Assembly (NCBI RefSeq): GCF_000022265.1
Contig: NC_011979.1
Coordinates: forward strand, 510,001 to 542,000
From: Geotalea daltonii FRC-32
Lineage (GTDB): Bacteria > Desulfobacterota > Desulfuromonadia > Geobacterales > Geobacteraceae
Direction of reading: 5' to 3'
DNA: 32,000 nucleotides
Positions 26,851-32,000 of this stretch are shown in pieces. Each line of letters opens with the position of its first letter. Position 1 is the stretch's first letter. The notes below the pieces were generated by a model. That model saw only the letters and a program-made list of their open reading frames with translations, was not told the DNA's origin and ran no database searches. The position numbers and the translations under genes were made by a program.

Positions 26851-26971
26851 CCGCGTGCTGTATACAGTATACTATTTAAAGCCGTGTACAGCTAAGCATG
26901 AAGCCAGTCCGCAGTATATATGGCGCTGATAGGCTAATGAAAAAAACATCAGTTCAGGAGGATGAATAAAA

Positions 26972-27328
26972 ATGCTTGGTGCCTATCTACCGATTATTCT
27001 ATTGGTCGCTGTTGCAGTGGCTTTTGGTCTGGGTTCAATCATCTTTTCATCGCTTATCGGACCCAAAAAGCCATCTGAAGTCAAGTTGTCACCGTATGAA
27101 TGTGGTGTGGAGCCGGTCGGCAGTGCCAGGGAGCGGTTCTCCATCAAATTCTACATTATTGCGATGCTGTTTATCCTTTTCGATATAGAGGCTGTTTTCC
27201 TTTATCCATGGGCAGTTCTCTTTAAAAGACTCGGAATGTTCGGCCTTATGGAAATGGGCGTATTCATAGTCATTCTTTTTGTCGGTTATATTTATGTCTG
27301 GAAAAAAGGAGCCTTGGAATGGGAGTAG
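26972..27328 (+). CDS. nuoA: NADH-quinone oxidoreductase subunit A
   Basis: 118 aa with three TM helices. YECG and [12 protein letters not shown] motifs are present. A CAGGAGGA SD lies upstream. Confidence 0.95.
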   Translation: MLGAYLPIILLVAVAVAFGLGSIIFSSLIGPKKPSEVKLSPYECGVEPVGSARERFSIKFYIIAMLFILFDIEAVFLYPWAVLFKRLGMFGLMEMGVFIVILFVGYIYVWKKGALEWE

Positions 27329-27831
27329 AACAACCATTGGGAGATAATATTGTAACAGCTTCCTTGGACGGACTTGTCAACTGGGCAAGAAAAACCTCCA
27401 TTTGGCCGATGACCTTTGGTCTTGCTTGTTGTGCAATCGAAATGATGGCTACAGGTGCGGCAAAGCATGACCTTGACCGCTTTGGTATTATATTTCGCGC
27501 ATCACCGAGGCAGGCCGACTGCATTATTATAGCGGGTACGGTGACCAAGAAGATGTTGCCTGTCATCAAAACTGTATATGAGCAGATGCCCGAGCCGAAA
27601 TGGGTCATTGCTATGGGTGCCTGCGCCTGTTCCGGTGGGGTATTCGATACATATAGCGTCGTGCAAGGTATTGATGAGGCTTTGCCGGTAGATGTCTATG
27701 TTCCTGGCTGTCCTCCACGCCCTGAAGCACTCCTTTACGGTATTATGAAGCTTCAGGACAAGATCGGCAAAGAGCGGAATTCTTTTGGCTCTGCGATCGG
27801 GCTTGGTGACAGGCTAGAGCCGGCCGCTTAG
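27319..27831 (+). CDS. nuoB: NADH-quinone oxidoreductase subunit B
   Basis: [25 protein letters not shown] and [11 protein letters not shown] supply the N2 cluster ligands. The gene overlaps nuoA by 10 nt, and AAGGAG lies 8 nt upstream. Confidence 0.96.
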   Translation: MGVEQPLGDNIVTASLDGLVNWARKTSIWPMTFGLACCAIEMMATGAAKHDLDRFGIIFRASPRQADCIIIAGTVTKKMLPVIKTVYEQMPEPKWVIAMGACACSGGVFDTYSVVQGIDEALPVDVYVPGCPPRPEALLYGIMKLQDKIGKERNSFGSAIGLGDRLEPAA

Positions 27832-27861
27832 TGTAATTATCATAATACCAAAGGAAAAGGT

Positions 27862-28356
27862 ATGGCTGATATGGCAGAAAATAATCGTGCAGTAATCAAG
27901 CTAAAAGAAAAATTTGCTTCCTCAATAATCGACATCAAGGAATTCAGGGGTGAAGTGACAGTCACGGTAAAGAAAGAAGATATCGTGTCCATCTGTTCTT
28001 TTCTTAAAGAGCAGCAGCGTTACAACCTGCTCACTGACATCACTGCAGTTGATTATCTTGGTAGTGATCCAAGGTTCATGGTTGTTTACAATCTTTATTC
28101 TATTCCCAATAAGGATAGAATCCGCATCAAGGCTCCCGTCTCCGATAGTGACTGTACAATAGACACCGTGTATGGCGTCTGGAAAACAGCTAATTGGCTT
28201 GAGAGGGAGGTATACGACCTGATGGGTATCCTCTTTAATAATCATCCTGATCTTCGCCGAATTCTGATGACTGACGACTGGGTCGGACATCCGCTACGCA
28301 AGGACTACCCTCTGCAGGGACCTGACCGGGAACCCTATAAAGGTCGGTTGTCCTAA
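27862..28356 (+). CDS. nuoC: NADH-quinone oxidoreductase subunit C (not fused to D)
   Basis: 164 aa. LTDITAVDY, ANWLEREVYDLMGI.F..HPDLRRIL and HPLRKDYPL are the typical 30-kDa subunit motifs. Confidence 0.93.
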   Translation: MADMAENNRAVIKLKEKFASSIIDIKEFRGEVTVTVKKEDIVSICSFLKEQQRYNLLTDITAVDYLGSDPRFMVVYNLYSIPNKDRIRIKAPVSDSDCTIDTVYGVWKTANWLEREVYDLMGILFNNHPDLRRILMTDDWVGHPLRKDYPLQGPDREPYKGRLS

Positions 28357-28397
28357 TTGGAATAAAATCAGTATCTATCTCAAAATAGAGGCGAACA

Positions 28398-29570
28398 ATG
28401 GCTAGTAAAGAGATAATGACGGTAAATATGGGTCCGCAGCATCCAAGTACGCACGGGGTGTTGCAGCTGGTTATCGAGCTGGACGGGGAAATCGTAGAAA
28501 AGGTCACCCCTCATATAGGCTATCTCCATCGCGGTGTTGAAAAACTCTCTGAGCACCGCACATATCACCAGACGATTCCTCTAACTGACAGGCTGGATTA
28601 TCTGGCACCGTTGAGCAATAACCTCGGCTATGTCCTTGCCGTTGAGAAATTGCTCGGCATAGAAGTTCCGGAGAGAGCGCAAACCATCAGGGTTATTCTG
28701 GCCGAACTGACCAGGCTCAAGTCTCACCTGGTCTGGATTGCAACACATGCTTTGGATATAGGCGCCATGACTGTGTTTATCTATGCCTTCCGCGAACGTG
28801 AAAAGGTCATGGATCTTTATGAGAAAATATCCGGTGCCCGGATGACAGCCAGCTACTTCCGCGTTGGTGGCCTGTCCAGAGAAGTATATGAAGGCTTCGA
28901 AAAAGACGTCCAGGAAATCGTTGATACCTTTCCCGGGCATTTCGACACCTATGAGGGGCTGCTTACAAAGAACACCATCTGGTTGCAGAGAACTGTGGGT
29001 AACGGAGTCATTTCGGCCGAAGATGCAATTGATTATGGAATCACTGGGCCTGCTTTAAGGGGTTCGGGTGTTGATTGGGATCTGCGTAGGGATAATCCGT
29101 ACAGCGGCTATGAAAAATACAAGTTTGAGGTGCCTGTCGGTCAAAACTGTGACACCTTTGACCGGTACAAAGTTCGCCTGGTGGAAATGAGAGAGGCGGT
29201 TAAGATAGTCAAGCAGGCTCTGGACTCCCTTAAGCCCGGCCCTATCCTGGCTGACGCACCTCAGGTCTGCTACCCCCCCAAGGAAGACGTTTATAACACC
29301 ATTGAGGGCCTCATTCATCACTTCAAAATCGCCAGCGAGGGGTTTCCGGTTCCTGAAGGTGAGGTATATCAATCGGTTGAAGCGCCAAAAGGTGAGCTTG
29401 GATACTACATTGTCAGTGACGGTGGGACAAAACCTTACCGAATGAGGATTCGTCCGCCTTCATTCGTCAACCTGCAGGCTATCGAGAAAATGGCAAAGGG
29501 CGCAATGATTGCTGACCTTGTCGCAGTCATCGGAACCCTTGATATAGTCCTTGGTGAAATTGACAGGTAA
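28398..29570 (+). CDS. nuoD: NADH-quinone oxidoreductase subunit D
   Basis: NMGPQHPSTHGVL, IGYLHRG.EK, RVGG and the C-terminal DIVLGEIDR are canonical 49-kDa subunit motifs. Confidence 0.97.
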   Translation: MASKEIMTVNMGPQHPSTHGVLQLVIELDGEIVEKVTPHIGYLHRGVEKLSEHRTYHQTIPLTDRLDYLAPLSNNLGYVLAVEKLLGIEVPERAQTIRVILAELTRLKSHLVWIATHALDIGAMTVFIYAFREREKVMDLYEKISGARMTASYFRVGGLSREVYEGFEKDVQEIVDTFPGHFDTYEGLLTKNTIWLQRTVGNGVISAEDAIDYGITGPALRGSGVDWDLRRDNPYSGYEKYKFEVPVGQNCDTFDRYKVRLVEMREAVKIVKQALDSLKPGPILADAPQVCYPPKEDVYNTIEGLIHHFKIASEGFPVPEGEVYQSVEAPKGELGYYIVSDGGTKPYRMRIRPPSFVNLQAIEKMAKGAMIADLVAVIGTLDIVLGEIDR

Positions 29571-29597
29571 CTCCAACTAATAAAGGAGATGGAGTAC

Positions 29598-30104
29598 ATG
29601 AGTAACGCTCCAGCCGAAGAACTACAAGCAGAAGAAATAGACCTGAGTGCAGCAAACCAGGTGATCGATAAATTCCTGACCCTGCCGGGCAATCTGATGC
29701 CGGTTTTGCAAGGCATTCAGGAAGAATATGGATATGTGCCGAAGCCGACTATAGATCTTGTGGCTGAAAGGCTGAATGTCTATCCGAGTCAGATCTATGG
29801 CGTTCTCACCTTCTACGCGCAGTTTCATCTGAAGCCGCGCGGCAAATTCATCATCAGGGTCTGTGTGGGAACTGCCTGCCATGTCCAGGGTGCTGAGCGA
29901 ATAGTCGATACCTTCTTCGATAAACTCCATATCGGTCATGCAGAGACGACCCCTGATCTTCGCTTCACTTTTGAGAAGGTCGCCTGCTTGGGTGCATGCG
30001 GCATGGCGCCTTTGGCAATGGTCAATGACGATACTTTTGGCAAGATGACTGTTCAAAAAGTCGAAGAGATCATCGCGGACTACAGCCAGAGGCCGATGAA
30101 ATAG
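29598..30104 (+). CDS. nuoE: NADH-quinone oxidoreductase subunit E
   Basis: The thioredoxin-like [2Fe-2S] motif is CVGTAC...CLGACGMAP, together with LMPVLQ..Q and YGVLTFY. I prefer ATG 29598, which has GGAG 9 nt upstream. The track's ATG 29589 abuts the SD. Confidence 0.92.
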   Translation: MSNAPAEELQAEEIDLSAANQVIDKFLTLPGNLMPVLQGIQEEYGYVPKPTIDLVAERLNVYPSQIYGVLTFYAQFHLKPRGKFIIRVCVGTACHVQGAERIVDTFFDKLHIGHAETTPDLRFTFEKVACLGACGMAPLAMVNDDTFGKMTVQKVEEIIADYSQRPMK

Positions 30105-30138
30105 TAGCTCTATAATTTCCAGTAGGGGATCATTTTTT

Positions 30139-31920
30139 ATGAGCGAAAATGAAGCAATAAAGATTCTGATCTGTCAAGGTACTGGTGGTATTTCAGCCGG
30201 CGCAAAAAAGGTAGAGCAGGAATTTACAAAGCTGATAGAGGAAAAGGGGATCAATGCCGTCATTGGCAAGCGTTGCGATGTCATCAAGACAGGATGTCGT
30301 GGCCTCTGCGCCAATGATGTTCTCGTTGACATCATAACCCCCGAGCTGGGCCGGGTTACATATGACTTCGTCGTTCCCGAGGATGTCGCAGCCATTCTTG
30401 ATGAGCATATTGTCAAGAGTACCCCGATCGAAAAGAAGAAAGCGAAGCCATATTACAATACATTCGTCGATCAGCAGATGCGAGTCGTCATGTCCGGGTG
30501 CGGCCAGATCGACCCAGACAGCCTGCAGGCGTATCTTGAAGAAGATGGTTTTAAAGCCATCGAGAAGTGCATCAAGACCATGAAGCCAGCTGAGGTGATT
30601 GACGAGGTAAAAAAATCCGGTCTCCGTGGCCGTGGGGGTGGTGGTTTTCCTACTGGCATGAAATGGTCTTTCTGCGCAGCGTCCCCAGGCGACAAGAAAT
30701 ATCTCATCTGCAACGCTGACGAAGGTGACCCAGGTGCCTTCATGGACCGCTCCGTGCTGGAAGGTGATCCATTCTGTATCATCGAAGGCATGATGGTTGC
30801 CGCCTATGCCATTGGCTGCTACTACGGCTATGTTTATGTTCGAGCAGAATATCCACTGGCTATACAGCGCCTTCAGCATGCCATCGATATTTGCTATGAG
30901 AAGGGCTGGCTCGGCAAGAACATTCAAGGTTGGGGCTTCGACTTCGACATGCGCATCAAAATGGGAGCAGGTGCTTTTGTTTGTGGTGAAGAAACTGCCC
31001 TGATGGCCTCCATTGAAGGCGAGCGCGGCATGCCCCGGCCACGTCCACCGTTCCCAGCCGTTAAAGGCCTCTGGGGCAAGCCGACCAACATCAACAACGT
31101 CGAGACGTTTGCCAACGTCCGTCATATCATCAATAAAGGCGCCGATTGGTATGCCTCCTTGGGCACCGATACCACTAAAGGCACCAAGATCTTTGCCGTA
31201 ACCGGCAAAGTGAAACATACCGGCCTCGTGGAAGTTCCTGCAGGCATGTCGGTGCGCCAGGTTATTTATGACGTCTGCGGCGGCATAGCCAACAACAGGA
31301 AATTCAAAGCCGTCCAGGCCGGTGGTCCTTCCGGTGGCTGTATTCCTGCTGAAGTACTGGATACACCCGTCGACTACGATTCGCTTATCAAGGCAGGCGC
31401 CATGATGGGGTCCGGTGGTCTGGTCGTCATGGACGAAACCACCTGCATGGTGGACGTGGCCCGCTTCTTCCTCAGCTTCACCAGGATGGAGTCATGCGGT
31501 AAATGCGTTCCCTGCCGAATCGGTCTGAAGGCCATGCTTGACGTCCTGGAGCGTATCACTGAGGGTCGTGGCCAGGCGTCAGATATCGACACGCTTTTGG
31601 AGATGGGAGCCACCATCAAGAAGGCCTCGCTGTGTGGCCTGGGGCAGACTGCACCCAATCCGATTCTGTCCACGATCAAGTATTTCCGCCATGAGTACGA
31701 GGCCCATATCAATGACAAGCGGTGCCCCTCCAACTGCTGCAAGGAATTGCTCCTTTGGCAGGTTGTCGAGGAAAAATGCGTCAAGTGTGGTGCTTGTCTC
31801 AAAGCCTGTCCTTCCAATGCAATCATCTGGGAGAAAGGTCAAATTGCCTACCTGGATAAGGAAAAGTGCACCAAATGCAAGTCCTGCTATGACGCATGCC
31901 GTTTCATGGCCATTGAGTAG
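30139..31920 (+). CDS. nuoF: NADH-quinone oxidoreductase subunit F, long HydB/HoxF-like form (593 aa)
   Basis: The core has the FMN/NADH site GLRGRGGGGFPTG, CNADEGDPGAF, and the N3 cluster motif ESCGKCVPCR...C. There is also an N-terminal thioredoxin-like module of about 95 aa. A C-terminal 2x[4Fe-4S] ferredoxin module (CVKCGACLKACP, CTKCKSCYDAC) is also present. Confidence 0.95.
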   Translation: MSENEAIKILICQGTGGISAGAKKVEQEFTKLIEEKGINAVIGKRCDVIKTGCRGLCANDVLVDIITPELGRVTYDFVVPEDVAAILDEHIVKSTPIEKKKAKPYYNTFVDQQMRVVMSGCGQIDPDSLQAYLEEDGFKAIEKCIKTMKPAEVIDEVKKSGLRGRGGGGFPTGMKWSFCAASPGDKKYLICNADEGDPGAFMDRSVLEGDPFCIIEGMMVAAYAIGCYYGYVYVRAEYPLAIQRLQHAIDICYEKGWLGKNIQGWGFDFDMRIKMGAGAFVCGEETALMASIEGERGMPRPRPPFPAVKGLWGKPTNINNVETFANVRHIINKGADWYASLGTDTTKGTKIFAVTGKVKHTGLVEVPAGMSVRQVIYDVCGGIANNRKFKAVQAGGPSGGCIPAEVLDTPVDYDSLIKAGAMMGSGGLVVMDETTCMVDVARFFLSFTRMESCGKCVPCRIGLKAMLDVLERITEGRGQASDIDTLLEMGATIKKASLCGLGQTAPNPILSTIKYFRHEYEAHINDKRCPSNCCKELLLWQVVEEKCVKCGACLKACPSNAIIWEKGQIAYLDKEKCTKCKSCYDACRFMAIE

Positions 31921-31962
31921 CTGATCATCAAGTATACATCCGAGGGAGAACAGAGGGTCGAG

Positions 31963-32000
31963 ATGGTTAATCTTACAATCGATGATAAAAAGGTAACTGT
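31963..32000 (+). CDS. nuoG: NADH-quinone oxidoreductase subunit G, first 12 codons only (continues beyond the window)
   Basis: ATG at 31963 is preceded by GAGGG-rich sequence. The translation MVNLTIDDKKVT resembles the usual NuoG start (MV.L.IDGK.V), and the position after nuoF fits. Confidence 0.6.
   Translation, partial: MVNLTIDDKKVT

Overview
The window looks like a conserved chromosomal core region, about 50% GC by eye. I saw no IS or transposase genes, no integrase, no CRISPR array, and no rRNA or tRNA genes. Gene content and order resemble Geobacter/Desulfuromonadales, but that is an inference from recalled synteny and protein motifs, not a search result.

Genes left to right:
- 3' end of ftsH
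- a candidate 52-aa small ORF
- a receiver-PilZ protein
- a TMTC/PMT-like GT-C glycosyltransferase with TPR repeats
- a YbiT-like ABC-F ATPase and an SseB-like protein
- on the minus strand, an operon of a motif-degenerate PilB/GspE-like protein followed by an intact pilT
- a stand-alone ThiI-like PP-loop protein
- pdxA-mtgA
- a DUF3467-like protein
- a YkgJ-type Cys-cluster protein
- F1Fo ATP synthase in two clusters, atpX-F-H-A-G-D-C and atpZ-I-B-E, separated by parA-parB, a Tll0287-like haem-c/HAMP/PAS sensor and a YcdX-like PHP phosphatase
- hemL
- nuoA-B-C-D-E-F and the first codons of nuoG

I could not find an obviously new multi-gene system such as a defence island. The most unusual items are listed here in order of interest:
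1. A PilB/GspE paralogue that has lost every ATPase motif but keeps an MshEN-like N-domain and the tetracysteine site, directly upstream of pilT.
2. A periplasmic CxxCH (Tll0287-like) sensor with HAMP-PAS and no output domain.
3. A three-module HydB/HoxF-like NuoF.
4. A REC-PilZ protein with off-consensus motifs.
5. An untracked small ORF.

All family calls come from reading motifs by eye, with no searches run. Several start codons were moved relative to the ORF track on the basis of SD sequences and family N-termini.
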